A DNA stretch of 64,000 nucleotides, from NCBI GenBank assembly GCA_036172245.1, contig JAYWIR010000039.1:558001-622000 (forward strand). The letters are read 5' to 3'. A program made the position numbers and the translations under genes. Below the pieces are notes generated by a model. That model did not search any database and was not told where the DNA came from. It saw only the letters and a program-made list of their open reading frames with translations. The stretch comes from Raillietiella orientalis. Taxonomy: Eukaryota. Below, piece by piece: positions 35,401 to 48,749 of the stretch. How positions within the stretch are numbered: position 1 is the first letter of the stretch; each line of letters starts with the position of its first letter.

Positions 35401-38400
35401 AGGCATCTCCCTGTTCCCCGAGGCGAGCGCTCTATACATAGTTTCCTACCTTCCTGCGAGCAGTGGCACCTTCACTTCACCTAACCTCCACCCCGCCAGC
35501 TACTCCTCCCTTGCGACTTACACATGTCTTCATCGCTCTTCGGGAACCCCCTCTATTACTAGATATTCCCTCCCCATCACCATCATCCTATTTCTTTCAA
35601 CCTAATCGGATCCCTGCCACCAAAGGTGGCCATCACCCTACCAATCACGACTGCAGCAAAAAATTCCTTGAAGCATTCGAATATTCCCCTGAGCGAGATG
35701 ACCTCAAGCTTCCCTGTTCCTCTGTAATCAACACATCCCTCCCCACGATCCCAAAGCACAGAAAAGTGCATCGTTCATGCTCACTTCTTCCTCTTTCTCG
35801 ACTAGCCTTCCATCCCAGATACCGAACACCCGAATTTCAGAACCACCGATCGCCTTCGCTGCCACCTCCACTCACCACCGCCTTTCTACTCTAGCGTCAC
35901 GTCCCCTCTGGCTGAATGAATCTTCCCGAAGCAACCTTGTGAGGAAGGAGATCCCAAGGAGCCGACTGCGAGCCCAGAAATCGCAGGCCAAGCTCGCGCC
36001 TACTCCAAAAACGTACGCTCTGTGTGTGACCTCTACGAGCCCTGAAGCACGCGCTCGCAAACGGGGAATGCATCAGTGAATCAGAGAATAGAAACAAACC
36101 GATGGTCCCATTCCATCCCCAATCCCATAAACTTCGCCTCCAGTCGAATCAAGACGGACTCCCCTCTCCGAATTCATGTCCATCTTTTCCACAGACCTGG
36201 GACGCAAAAGCATAACGACCAACATGGATCATCTCTCCACCCATTTGCCACTCTCGTCGGACAGAATCGCGAAACCCTGCGAGCAACCAAATTCTGAATT
36301 GATTTCTCGCGCAGGAGTGTCGAAGGTTTCCCTCTCCTTTCAGCAGAGCTGCTTTTGTTTCTGTGGCGTCATCAGAGCTGTGTTGAAACCACGGCAGATC
36401 CAGAGCACCAGTGTCCAGAAACACGCAGTCCCGAAAAAAGCCCGCCCGTGGCAAATCGCTCGTGTCATAGTGGTGAAACTCCGTCCCCGAAACCATCACT
36501 TGAAGGAGCAAGCAATCATCCCTTAATCAGACCCAACTCCTGCATTAAAGGGAACGAGACAACAGCAAGCAATAATTCCTGGCTCGTCCAGCGACAGCAA
36601 TACTCAGCATGTTCGTCCCATTACCACCATCGTTTTGGTGTCTTCCCAAGAGCCGAAACGCCAAAGATTGCGTTTCTTAAGTCATGCGATGTGGTCACCA
36701 TTAATTCATACCTCACGAACAGCCAACACTTGTGATCTAAAATGAGCACCACACCCTATTCCAGCCTCCCAACTCTGTCCACTGTGGTCCAAAATTATTG
36801 GGAATCACATCGTTAAAAAGTAGAAAAAAAGAAAAGCACGGAATAGATATTTTTTGTTTCTATTATATTTATTGGAAACGGGATCCATCGGACTGTGTGC
36901 GCTGCTTCGCGCGGGATTCGAACTTGCCAATGGCGCTGGCGTAGTCCTTTTCAGGTCGGTCACTGCTGCCTGGATGTCATTCGCGAGTTCGAAGCGGGTC
37001 CTTTCCGGGAAGAGCAAACGGTCGGGAGGAGACCAATCCGGCGGGTGCGGGGGACGGTCCAGCGTCCAGATCCGCTTGTGCGCCAACGAAACTCGCGTGC
37101 CTCTTCGCCTCTGGCGGCAGGGAACGCTGGGCGCGGCCTCCGTTTTCCTACAAGTCTTCGTGCCAGGCGCGCGGCCCCACGGCTTTGCGTGGGCCGAGGG
37201 TCCCCGCTACCACTCGGGAGGTGAGTCGCCGATCCTGTTCTTCAGCAAATCTGCAACGGCGGCGCATAGTTGGTGGTTCTTGTCGTGAAGTGGGCGACCG
37301 CTGCTTTCGTCGTCTTCTATCTGGAAGCCGCGCCGTGCCGCCCGAAAGTGCCTGAAGGATCCGAGGCTTCCTCCCTGCGAGCCTATTGAGTCAGTGGCAC
37401 CGCGCTCGAAGCTGACCTACCACCTTCTTCCTTCACGATTCCTTTTTCTTGAGAAAACAGCGAAACACGACGTCGCTCCGCTTTGTATACTATTTAAGGA
37501 AGGTACATCGTCCCGCTGCGTGCCGGCACACGGCACGACCAGTGGGACCGTAAAAAATTCATCAATTCCTCAAGACTCACCCCTTACACATTCCCATCAT
37601 CCGCTCACCTCTTTCTATCTCTTTCTCTAGCCATCCCACTTTGAACCTCCAGACAACTCTTTACCTCAAACTTACGGACCTCACCGAGTTCTCACCCTCG
37701 CTGGCATTGCACCTACCCTCAAAAAATTAGATCTGAGATCAGCAATGCTGTTTGATGAGATCTTATAAGGTGGAACACACTGATTCAGATAAAGCAAAGA
37801 ATGCACAGCAAAAGACAGAGTGCAACCCACTGGCTTAGACACTGGGAATGCTTCGATACGATGGAATGGTGAATTGGAGACTGATCAAATCGTAGGATGC
37901 ACTTTTGTTGAATATTGATAAAAATGGACACAAGAGCACAATTATCTTTTCATGTAGCCATACGCCCTGCATAAGTTTTCCGAGGTTCATATATAGTTAA
38001 TAAAGTGGGTTCATAACAGCCATGCAGAAAAACGTAGGATCCAGAGATGCACGTGACCACAGCTAGCACCATTACGTCAAAAGAGTATCACAGCACACAT
38101 GGTAAGAACTCTCGACATCCGACTACCGCTCAGTAAAGCATGCCACTGTCACCAGAATCGTCCTGAAGTTAAGCATACAGTAGATGGCCAGCTTACAAGT
38201 CTACGAAACACCCCCTCTCCGTGATGCGCTGGACAGAAATCTCGATGCACGTCACCATCGGTGCGAAGCAGAATCAATTCTACTGTCAGGAACGATTCCC
38301 TTACAGGATCCACCTTGAACCGAAAGAATTTCTACTGCTTGGAACAGTGCACGCGACCGCTAATTGTCACCCACTGCAGTAGTGCCACACTCAAATTCAG

Positions 38401-38829
38401 GAGGTCCATGAGTAAATGCTCTTGGCCATGAATTTTCCACAGCCACTCCTTGAAGGGGCGATAATAAACGCTAAATAACCCTTGTGCCTACTACCCCATC
38501 TGCATGAAGGCCTCTCCACGCCAACACGACTTCAGTGGGCGAGGTACACCAAAAACCGAGCACCTCTACATTCTGTTGACTCCTAGACAAACAGATGGTT
38601 CTCAGAAGCAGATTATTCGCACAACGATCTATTCTCATGAGAGAAAATCTGAGTTCTTCGCCACAGCAGCAACGCAAACACGCAAAACAATGGTCCATGC
38701 AACCCCTAGCCGATTTTCTTCCCTACTTCTTCGCCCTCGTACGTCTTGCTGATGAATAAACCATGGAGCTGAAATGAGTGACTACTGGGTTTTTTTTCGC
38801 ACGTTCACTACCGGTTTCTTTTTCGCACT

Positions 38830-40570
38830 ACCTGCGGACTGGCCACCCCGGCATTCCGTTTCCATGAGGAAGTTGATCGGTCCAAACGTCAACCAAATTC
38901 CCCTGACTAGTATCCCTCTTATGGTATGCAACCGACGACCCGCGATCCCATAGGCGAAGAATCCCGCTCTCGTATTTCTGCCTGTCGACGAACCAGCAGG
39001 TTTGCTCCATGTCCTGCTGTTGCCCTTCCTCGCAGCGACCTGCTTCCCCGATCTTCGGGAGGCAGGTTCGTTTCCCCAAAGAGCCGTCCCGCTCCAGCCA
39101 GCATCGAATGATGGCGATGCCTCCTCCTCACACGCACTATTGGTTGATCGATCGCCAGTGAGCTGAAAGGGATGCTGCTTGATTCTCTTTCAGGAGGAAG
39201 CAGGGAAAGGGGCTGAATTTTCTTCCACCTTACAACCATGCAGAATGCCTACTCCCCCCTCCCTTTCGCCATCTTCCCGATGTTCCTCACCGAGCATCTT
39301 CCAGAAAAGTCTCGAGGACATTGTCCCGCTTCCTCTCTGTCTCATCAGCACCATGCACAACTTTTGCTCGGCTACTCCCACTCACCTACGTCCTCTTACC
39401 CATTCGACAAACCAGGCTGCTCAGCTGCCCCTCTTCGTCCCACCGTCCACCTCGGTCTCGTCCTTGGAACGCGGAGCGCGGGCTTGGCGCTTGCGTTCGT
39501 CCCTCCGCTTACACCGCCCTTGGTGATACAGAAACTGCTCTTCGGAAGCCAAAACCAGTGTGCGATACGCGCACGAATGGAAGACTGCCAATGCAGCCAG
39601 CCGTCCGTCAACCAGCCCCTTCAGCCACCTCGTCGCTAAGTGACCGCACGTAAAACTCCCTCTGCAACGGAAGCGTCTCGGCCTGTCTCGACGAAACCTA
39701 GAAATCACCATCTCATCGTATGACAGCAAAGGGCGCAGGCGGGACCTCCACATGACCTGCTGGCTCTCACGATCAACCAGTTGCCACTCATCCCTCAGTC
39801 TCAGCAGCAACAATGAAATCCACACGGACATGAGAACAAGACACAAGGACTACACGACTTCACCCTCCCGAAGACCATGGGACACAGCAAGGGGCCAGGT
39901 TTGACACAACGATTCAGAGAAGAAGTTTCAGTGTCATGTAAGTCTGAGAACTGAGGACCACGGAGTGTTCCTTGCGCTTGGCAACATCCCCGGCTCCAAT
40001 CCTCGACTCCTGATCCGGCTCAGAGCACGCCCAAACCCTCGACAATAACACACACACAAATCTCGGCGGCTCCGAAGATGAGACGTCCGCAAACCTGCAA
40101 TTCCGCTTTTTGACCGACCCTTTTGCCAAAGCGCTGTACACCCCGCAGCCCAGCTAGCGAATGAACACCATGAAACCCATCTCTCCCCTCTTGGATAAAC
40201 CAAGTGCCGAGAGGTGATGAACCAATTGCCTTGGATACACCTTGGATAAACCACGAGCCTTCCTGCCGTCCGCTCTCAACGTGTGTCGACCTTTTCTTGG
40301 TGCACGAACTCGTAAAGGCCCCATCGTGCCCCCCAGATACGTTCTTTCGACTCTCTGGTCAGAACGACCGACCCAAAAGTTCCCTGGAAACCAGTGCCAC
40401 AGGCGACGACACCCTCTGCACTCTTAACAGCACTCGAAGCAATCTTCTAGTCATCATCAGCACGCTGTGCAATCTTTCCCATCATGCCTCCAGTTCTTTC
40501 AAGAGCCTACGTCAGCAACTGCCCAACTCCTTTTGCGCCAAATCCGTGCCCTTTTGCATCCGTAACACCT
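38830..40570 (-). mobile_element. BEL/Pao LTR retrotransposon pol remnant (RNase H + integrase); may extend to about 42200
   Basis: RFADVS...VAKRK...QTYMTLKLL (F.DAS...AKS...TIPRLEL), RLFWKM...HGCK...KRIKQHPFQLTGD (FW..C..C..R...PF..TG.D), LRLWDRGS, W...PHGNG. Confidence 0.6.
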
Positions 40571-40594
40571 AATGCAAAAGGCTGCGCACACTTT

Positions 40595-40750
40595 ATATAA
40601 AAGATATGTATATGTATATCTATCTATCTATCTATATAATATATATATATATAGATAGATAGATATATGTAGATAGACAGATGTCTATATATACTTAGAG
40701 AGAGAGAGAGATTGATAGATAGATAGCTAAGAAAGGTGAAGATATAAATA
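40595..40750. repeat. Compound (TA)n/(GATA)n/(GA)n microsatellite
   Basis: Directly visible tatctatcta, atatat, gatagatag, gagaga runs. Confidence 0.92.
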
Positions 40751-42299
40751 TACGCATTAATAAGACCTGTGACTGAGGCCGTTAGAAACGCAATCACTAT
40801 TTGAGCAGATGAATTCTTGCAAGGTCTTCCTTTCTCATAGAGCGGACTGTTCCACCGAGGAGATCAGTTCGAAATTGCATCGGAGCGTGAAACTTCCCGG
40901 TCGCTCTCTGGAAATTCCGACGGAGATTCCTCCAGCCCCTAGGTAACTCTTCCGTTGTTTCTGGTCCGTGTATCACTTTTCCGGCATCAATCCGCGCGGA
41001 TCGATTCTTCACGGTTTCTCCCCAAGCATCTCGCCCTCCTTCCACTGTCGCCCAGGTATCCAGAGAAACCGGTTCCAGGGCTCCCTCCACATTCCTCGCG
41101 TCCACCGTGTACTCTTCTCCAGCATCCCACAATAAATCGAGCTGTTTTGGCCGGTACAGGCACGCCGGGTACGACCCGGAATCGCCCGTGTCAGCAACGG
41201 AGTGGTCGAGTGCGACGCTGCCACGGCACGCGGCCGCTTGCCTCGCGCTAGGAAGCGCAGGTCTTCGCCCTTCGCCTCCCTCATTTCGAGAGAATTTTCC
41301 TTAGCAGATTGCTCCCAGCGCACCCTTAATAATCGATCTTTCCCCTGTGCGGCCCGCGCAACTTCGCACTTTTCCCGTGACTTCCATTTATCGCATCTTT
41401 TACATCCACTCAAATCTGGGAACGATTTCTGTCCCGGGACTGGGACTCTGAAGGACAATCCACTCCCAGTACCCATACACGCTGGGACGCAGGTTCTTTT
41501 CCCCAGGCTTGTACTCACTGGCATCTCGAGATCCTGATCGCATCAACACGCATGAATCCCGAACCGAATCCCGTTAAACCACTCTGCCTGCCGTCATATC
41601 GATTGGATCCAGTTCTTCGGGCATTGAGGATGCAAACGTACGCTTCCACTCGATGGTATCCCGACTTTCCTCCCAGTCCGTTTCGATCTCCGGGAATGCA
41701 CGCGCAGACCACCCTTTCTGGGGCCATCGTCACGAAAACCCGACTCGTTTCCTCGACCATCCCACATGCCACGCCCGGAAGTAGCTGCGTCACGACTCGC
41801 CTAATTTCTCACAAGAAGGGGAGAGTGTGATTTGTACGCCACGATTCCTGACACCAGGCTTACGCGTACCGTACAAACTGGGAGCAAAATCCTGTCTCCA
41901 TATAAATGTCGTGCGAATGCAAATGTCATGCGACTGTTGTGTAAAGAAGGTGGAGATGTGTGAACGCAATACTTGCGCTGCATTCACACGCCCCGAGCTA
42001 TGGTTAGTGGATGTGTGGCCTAATGCCCTGTGACGTTCGCTGACCTATTGCGAGATGACTTTTTATCGCGCTTTCGTAAGCTGGATCGTGATTCGAACTC
42101 TTAATTGCCCTCTTAAGCAAGAAGATTGTTTCCCCGGGGTGATCGATACAGAGGTGCAGGAACACGAGAAGGCAAGTTTTCTTAACGCGCCTCACCGACA
42201 CGCAGATCCCATCTCCGCCTACTCCAGCCGGGCACTTGTCTCTCTCCTAGGATAATGAGTCACTTTCTCACGGGAGTGATCCTTTGACTCCATGAAACT

Positions 42300-42645
42300 C
42301 TCTGGAAGCGAAGATGCAAAGCAAATTGAGGCATTTGCTTGCGTTTACCACCTTGCCTATTGAAACGCGAGCGCTCGAATGCCTCCAGGGTACGTGACGG
42401 AGGGTCCCCCGAGGAAGGGGGCAGGGGGGAGTCTCCTTTACACGACCGGAGGGGAACTTCGAAGGAAACCAGAATCCTTGATCCATTTTTCTGGAAGAAC
42501 CCCGGAGGGTCGACTTCCGATCCCGGCCAGTCGACGGAGGTCATTCGGCTTTCACAGGTGCCGCACCCGAAATTACCCAAGGCCAATCGGCGCCATCTTG
42601 CAGGAGGAACTCGAACGACGCACCCAATCCTCTGGCGTCGATCCC
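42300..42645 (-). mobile_element. Tx1/L1-like LINE 5'UTR fragment directly downstream of the long copy
   Basis: Begins GGGATCGACGCC (42645-42634), contains CAAGATGGCGCC, homologous to 181-420. Confidence 0.7.
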
Positions 42646-44463
42646 TTATTTTAACCCACTCACGCAGGGGCGCTTATTGTATAAAAAAAGACATGTAAAA
42701 GATGAAAAAATGCTTCTCTTCGCTGTGGCTCCATACCATCACGGCGAGGGGGAACGCCCCGGAGGCGCTGCTCCTCTCGAGCAGCTCCCAGATGAGATCC
42801 GCACACGAGAAGTGGAGGAAGCGATCAACAACAACAACAACAAATTCAGCTTAAAAATGTTTGGGGGAGGGGAAAGGAAGGGATCACAGATTCCTTCCTG
42901 GCTTCCTCAGCATCCTCTGGAGGATGTGGGTAGCATTCTCCTTTTCTTGGAAGAGATATGGCCATTTTGTTGCCTCACTCATGAAGCAGACGATTGCGAT
43001 GACCTCACTTTGTCTATCGGGAGTGGAAGAGCCGTAGAGAAGAGTTCCCGGACACTCAGGAAGGAAACACAATCCAGCAGCAGGTGAGGGAAGTCTTCCC
43101 GTTCTATGCACCTGGAACAGTCGGGAGCTTCACTCCCTTTCGTTTACTGGAGGACCCGCACCTTGCACGCGGTCTGCGATGTCGAGTCCTGCCGCTTCTG
43201 GGGAAGCGTGGAGCCGACCACAGACAGCGGAGAGTCTGCCCCACTTTTAAGAGAATGCTCAGAAGTTCCACCCAGAGAATGATTCCTCTGGGGAGAACGG
43301 CGAGGATGGAAGAGTCAGCCAGTTGACTTGCCGTCTAGCATCCCAGCTGCTGCTTCTTTTCCTCGATCTCGCAAGATACTTTCCGGCTTGCAAGGTCATC
43401 GCCACGCCCACTTCGTCGCCTTGTGTCGAACGTGGATGCAAGTGGGGTCATCCTCGGGCAGTCCATGGTTTCCTGCAGCGAGCAGCAAGCGTGGTTCAAG
43501 AATCGCAGGCATCGCGATGGCTCCGGGCTTCGTGCGTTTCTTTTCTCCCACTCCCAAGCTGTTCCCTGCACTACAGCTGGCGGGGAATCCACTTGTCCTC
43601 CTGGACCAAGGCGACCACTTGGCGGAGTCGGTACCCCATCGGGGTGACTCTCGGCACGAGGAACGTACCGAGTCCCTCGGCACCGGCTGGTCGCTTGGCC
43701 AGGAGTCTGGCTGGGACGCATCAATGGGTGGTCCAGAATTCCGCCGCAAGGGCTGATCTTTTACTCTGGAATTGACGCTCCCATCCTCTCCAGCGTCAGG
43801 ATACCGAGTCTGGAGTCCCGATGCGGCGTGCGCAAGTCCTTTAAGTGGACCTGGACCTCTGCGTTCTTCAGGGGGCTTTGCTCAGAAGGTCCTTAGTTCG
43901 CTTTCCCACATCTCTGGATGTGGGGGGGAGGGGCAGACAAGAAGCATGGTCGGAGGAGAGGAGCTACGAACTTCTTACAGAGGACAGCTCGTTCCGGTGA
44001 GAAAAACGTGAAATCCAGGAGAAACTGGCCATTCTGCCCACGCCGCACCAACGGGAAGCGCAGTCGACTTCGCCGTTTCCACGCACGCCGACTTCCCGGC
44101 GGATCAACTCGAGGAATTCTTCAAGCGATGCTGCCGGGATTGACATGGGTAACAGGAACAGCAGATCATCGGCATAGGCCGACACAACAGGCTTGCCGGA
44201 GAGCGAGCTGCTAAGGACTGCAAGAGTTGTCTTGTATGCTCTCAGCGTCAACTTGAAGTAGATGCTGAAGAGGAACGGAATCAGACTGTCTCCTTGCCGA
44301 ATCCCTCGCGGCACCGGTACGCCGTACACGTGTCGGCCTCTGAAAAAGATGTCAATCATCGCGTTGCTCCAGCAGGAGCGCAGTTAAGCCAGGAGCACAT
44401 CTGGAAATCCCATGTTTGCAGAAGTTTCAAAAGGAGCTCCTGGTTGACGCAGTCAAATGCCTT

Positions 44464-44776
44464 TTAGAGAGGACGACGCGATGACCCCACCTGGATCCAG
44501 TAATACAGAGAGAGCTTGCCGGCATCCTGCGAAGGATGCAACGGCCCCAGCAGCAACAGTGATCCCTTCCCGCACCCTCCTACGTTTTTTTTTATCTTTG
44601 TTTAGTTTTTTTGTTTGTCTTCCTTCTCCCTGCTGCCGTGGTGGATCGTACCGGTCTGTGAACCGGTGACCTGGCAGGTTCTGTGTTGTTTCTTCGGGAG
44701 TGGATGGATCACTGGTCCAGCCACAGCGCGTGTCAGAGTTTGTTTTAAATAAACGCCCTGGCGACCCGAGTGAAAA
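44464..44776 (+). mobile_element. 5'-truncated 3'UTR-only LINE insertion (313 bp) inside the RT KAFD motif
   Basis: TSD TCAAATGCCTT (44453-44463) / TCGAATGCCTT (44777-44787); ends AATAAACGCCCTGGCGACCCGAGTGAAAA. Confidence 0.85.
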
Positions 44777-45626
44777 TCGAATGCCTTCTGCAAATCAACT
44801 GCGACCCCAAGGGCTTCTAGTGCCTCCGATTGATCGCAGTTTCTTGATCCCTGGCCATCTCGGAGTTCAGAATTCCTTTGGCCTACTAGCTCAACCCTTC
44901 GTTGCAACTGGAGCCAGGAGCTGACCAGGAACAGATTGGTTTCCACGCTTCGTCCGGGAGCAGTGAACATCTGCTCTGGGCTGATGAACGTTTCCGCCAA
45001 CCGCCCCAGGTGTTAAGTCTATAGCTTTGCGAGCTGCTTGGCGTCTGTGTTGATTATGGTAATTGGACACCAGTTGCTTATGTTGCGAAGGTCTCCTCCC
45101 TTTGGAAGAAGACGTACTCTTGCTGATCGGAAGGAGGAGGGCACCTCTCCTGCCTCCCGAATCAGCATGCTTATCCGATGAATCAGTGAGATCAACTCTG
45201 CCGCCAAACACTGGTAAAATTTACCCTCTGGTGCTTTCCTCCTTTTGAGCTTGTCGATGGCGGAGATGATCTCTTACGCCGTGTAACGGCTTGCTCAAAA
45301 GTCTGCGACTCCTCCCGGGACGAGTCGCCTGATACTGCCTGAATGCGTTCTCTGGAACGCCTTCATGCAGCAACTGCTGCTCAAAGTCGCATTCCGGTGG
45401 TGCACTCGCGTACAGGGAAGAGTAAAATTGGCTCACGATGCGTCGTATTTCTGCCGGGGGTGAGCGCTCTTAGCCCTGGTCTCCATTAAGCTGGTCCTCG
45501 CGGACTTGTCGCCAGGCTTGTCGTTCGGCCCTGGATTCATCTCGGCCAGACGACGAACGTCTGGTCTTTGCTGCAAGCACCGAGCTTGTAGGTACGCGCG
45601 CTCGTTGCTCATTCCCTCGCCAAACC

Positions 45627-48229
45627 AAATTCTCGCCGGTATCAAAAGGCTCAAGAGGCATAAAGCGCCAGGGGAGGACGGCCTGCCCGCGGAGTTCTTT
45701 CAGTGCTTCGCGGAAGAGCTGGCACCCCTGGTGCTTCAGTTGACCAGGCTGATCCCAGACGAAGGCGATGTTCCCGTCTCGTTTCGGTCAGCCAGGGTGA
45801 GGCTCCTTCCTAAGGGAGGAGACCTCCGGAAACTTAGCAACTGGCGTTCGATCACGATCGTGAACACCGGCGCCAAGTTGATTGCCGGGCTGTGGCCGTC
45901 GCGTTTGGGGCAGGTGGCCAATTCCATAATTAGCCCGGAGCAGACTTACGCTGTTACCGGGCGAATTATGGAAACCAACCTCTTCTTCGCGAGCACATGG
46001 TTTCACGTGCAGCGGTGTAAAAAGAGAGGAAACGGGAAGATCGGCAACCCCATTTTGGGGCCGCCAGCCGGACAGGGAAAGGACCCCCGGGCAGGAAAGG
46101 GGGCCCTTGCGACCGCAATCGATCTCCATAAGGCATTCGACTGCGTGGACCAGGAGCTTCTGTTAGAGCTCCTGGGTCGCATGGGCTTCCCACCCTCCTT
46201 ACTGACCTACCTGCGCTCCTGCTGGCGCAATGCGCTGATCACTGTTACTTTCAGTGGGCAAAAGGTGTATGGCGTGCCGGTGAGGAGGGGCATACGGCAG
46301 GGCGATAGCTTCAGTCCTCTGCTCTTCAGCACCTACTTCGAGTTGGTGCTGAGAGCATACAGGGCGACTCTGGCTCCCTTGCCGAGCTCGTGCCCCGGCA
46401 CGCCCGCCGTAGCAGCTTATGCCGACGATCTTCTGCTCCTGTTGACCATGTCCACCCCGGCAGCGGCAGTAGGAGATTTCTTCGATCTGCTTAGCCGCGG
46501 GACCGGACTGCAGGTTAACAGGGCGAAGTCGTCGGTGGTGCCAGTTGGTGCGACATGGGCAGGACGGCCTGACTGGATCCGCTTGGGGATCCCCACGGCC
46601 AGGTACCTGGAGTACCTGGGTGTGCCGCTGGGGGACTTCTGTCCAACAGAAGCCTGGTCAGGCCATCTCCAGAAAGTGGAGTTGGCGATCGGTCCGTTCC
46701 TGGAAGGCAAGTTTCACTTGCCGGAGCGAACTGCGGTTTGGAACGCATTCGCGGCCCCCATCCTCCGCCCTCTACTTTTTATTTGCCCCGTCCCCGGAGA
46801 AATGAAGAATAGAACGAAGGACCTTCTCTGCATCGGCCTTTGGGGCAAGGGGAGGCCCCGATTCCTTTTGAAGGACTTGTGCGCTCCGCGTCGGGACGGC
46901 GGTCTTAGCCTCCTGATGCTGGAGCGCGTGGAAATACAGCTGCGATGGCGCACCATGGCCATCGCAGCGAAGATGTGGAGCACCCCTTGGTGCATTCCGG
47001 CTCGCCTCCTCGCCAGCCGTGTATCTTGGGCCGAGGGACTTGCGTCTTTTCTTCTCTGCCGCGGTCGGAAGATCCGACGATGCTGCCTACTGCTTTGACG
47101 CATGGCAACCTTGGCGAAGGAGAACAGCTGGATGGTTTGCAGCCCTGCCAACTCCTCCGCCTGGCTGGAGGAGACTGCTGGCACCTGGTCAAAGCTGAAC
47201 CAGAGGAGCAACGAAACGTGGAACTGCCTGCGTACCGATATATACGCCCGCCGCACTCTGCGGGAAATACTAGAATTTCCCGCGAGTTGCAACTGGGCAG
47301 AGACGACCCCCCTTGTTACGGCGATGCCCTTTCTGAGGAGGGCGCTTCACATCAGCCAAACGCCGAGGTGGCAAGTCTCCTGCCGTATTGCAGGCAGGGA
47401 GAAGTTGATGAGCGGCTGGACCATGGGAGAACTGGCGGACGCCACGACCCCGACCGTCCAGCCGAGAGGACTGAAGAGATGGGGAGAGCTGCTCGCCATC
47501 CCGATGGATGAGCTGAAGTGGCCCCCAGTATTGCAAGAATCCAAGATCCTGCCATGATCAAGAGTCGGCGTTGCTACTGTTGCACTGGGGTTCACCCTGC
47601 AACACACGCCGCTCCCACTGGACAAGGGGAGCTGTGAGACCTGAGTGCGCCAGGTGCGGGGAGCAGGAATCGCTCTCCCACCTCATCGTTGGTTGTGCTG
47701 CCCTCCGACCCCGTTGGGAACGGTTTGGGACGACCCTCGGGCTCCCGATGGGCAGCGCGCCCAGAGACGTTTTCCGGCTCCTCTTCGTGCGGGACGCCCT
47801 GCAGCCAGCCGCAGCCCTCGCAGCATTTTGCTGCATCCGAGGCATCGTGGCGGCCTGGAGCGATGCCGACAACGAGGAAGTGAATGCAAACGACATGGAC
47901 GTCATCCAGCATGCGGTTTGCTTCGTGCAGAGAGCTGCCGGATGACCCCAACTGGGACCAATGCGGATGGACCTCGAGGGCTTCCTTCGAAGGATGGGCC
48001 CTCCTCCCAGTGAACTGTGATCCATTCCCTGCCCTCCAAACTCTTTTTGTTTCTTAATTTTTTATTTTTATTTTTGTTTTTTCCCCGTCCCCTTTCACTG
48101 CCGAGGAGAGTCACGCCGGGCTGCGTCCTGGCGTCCCGGCAGGTCCGGTGTTGTGTGGCCGTTAGTGGGGCCTTATACCACATTTTGTAGAGTTTTTATA
48201 ATAAACGCCCCGGCGTACCCGGGTGGCAA
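45627..48229 (+). mobile_element. 5'-truncated Tx1/L1-like LINE (RT + C-terminal CCHC + 3'UTR), best preserved copy
   Basis: Open RT frame to 47098 (KAPGEDG, LLPKGGD, DLHKAFD, GIRQGD, YADD, YLGVPL), one in-frame stop and one frameshift downstream, CARC...H...C motif; perfect 9-bp TSD CGCCAAACC (45618-45626 / 48230-48238). Confidence 0.95.
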
Positions 48230-48655
48230 CGCCAAACCCAGCGAAAAGGAGGCTTACAGGTGAAGCTCGTGCAGAACTCTCGAACTGAGAGCTTTATCTC
48301 GTCCCAGTCTTGGGGTAGTTGCTGCACTTTTGCATCTCTTAGGAAGCAACAGAGGTGTTCCCCAGCCTCCCAGAGGTGGAGCCAATCCTTTTGTAGGCGC
48401 CACGCGCTGGAAAGGAGATTTTTTCCTCGTGGGATTACTTCTAGCTCAATTCGGTCGTGATCGGACAACGTAGCTCGTCCCTTTCCACGATAACCGATCC
48501 ATGATCGCAGGTGGTAGCCGAGGAAGACGTGAACGATGCTGCCTTCCATGCCGGTGACCTCAGTCAACAAGTTGCACGAGTGCGTTGCGACTCACAACTC
48601 GTTAACCAGGTTGAGCTGGCCGCTGGCCCTTTCTGAAAGCAGGGGAAGTTGAAAT

Positions 48656-48749
48656 TTTTCATTTGGTCACGCCGGAGTGCTTATTTCATAGAAAATAAAC
48701 CAGTTGGTAACGCAGTTCCCGAACGAAGACAAAAGAAGTTCAAGGGGAG
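48656..48749 (-). mobile_element. Tiny (about 94 bp) LINE 3'-end insertion at the endonuclease DFN motif
   Basis: Imperfect TSD GGGGAAGTTGAAAT (48642-48655) / GGGGAGATGTTGAAAT (48750-48765); minus strand ends AATAAGCACTCCGGCGTGACCAAATGAAAA. Confidence 0.7.

Noticed and set aside
37700..38700. Possible hAT transposase remnant (IRWNG, DP motifs)
   Set aside because: Only two very short, frameshifted motif resemblances and no TIRs; not supportable.
45506..47098. Intact autonomous RT gene starting at 45506
   Set aside because: The first about 40 codons come from the antisense host element; the copy starts at the TSD (45627), lacks ORF1/endonuclease and has downstream lesions.
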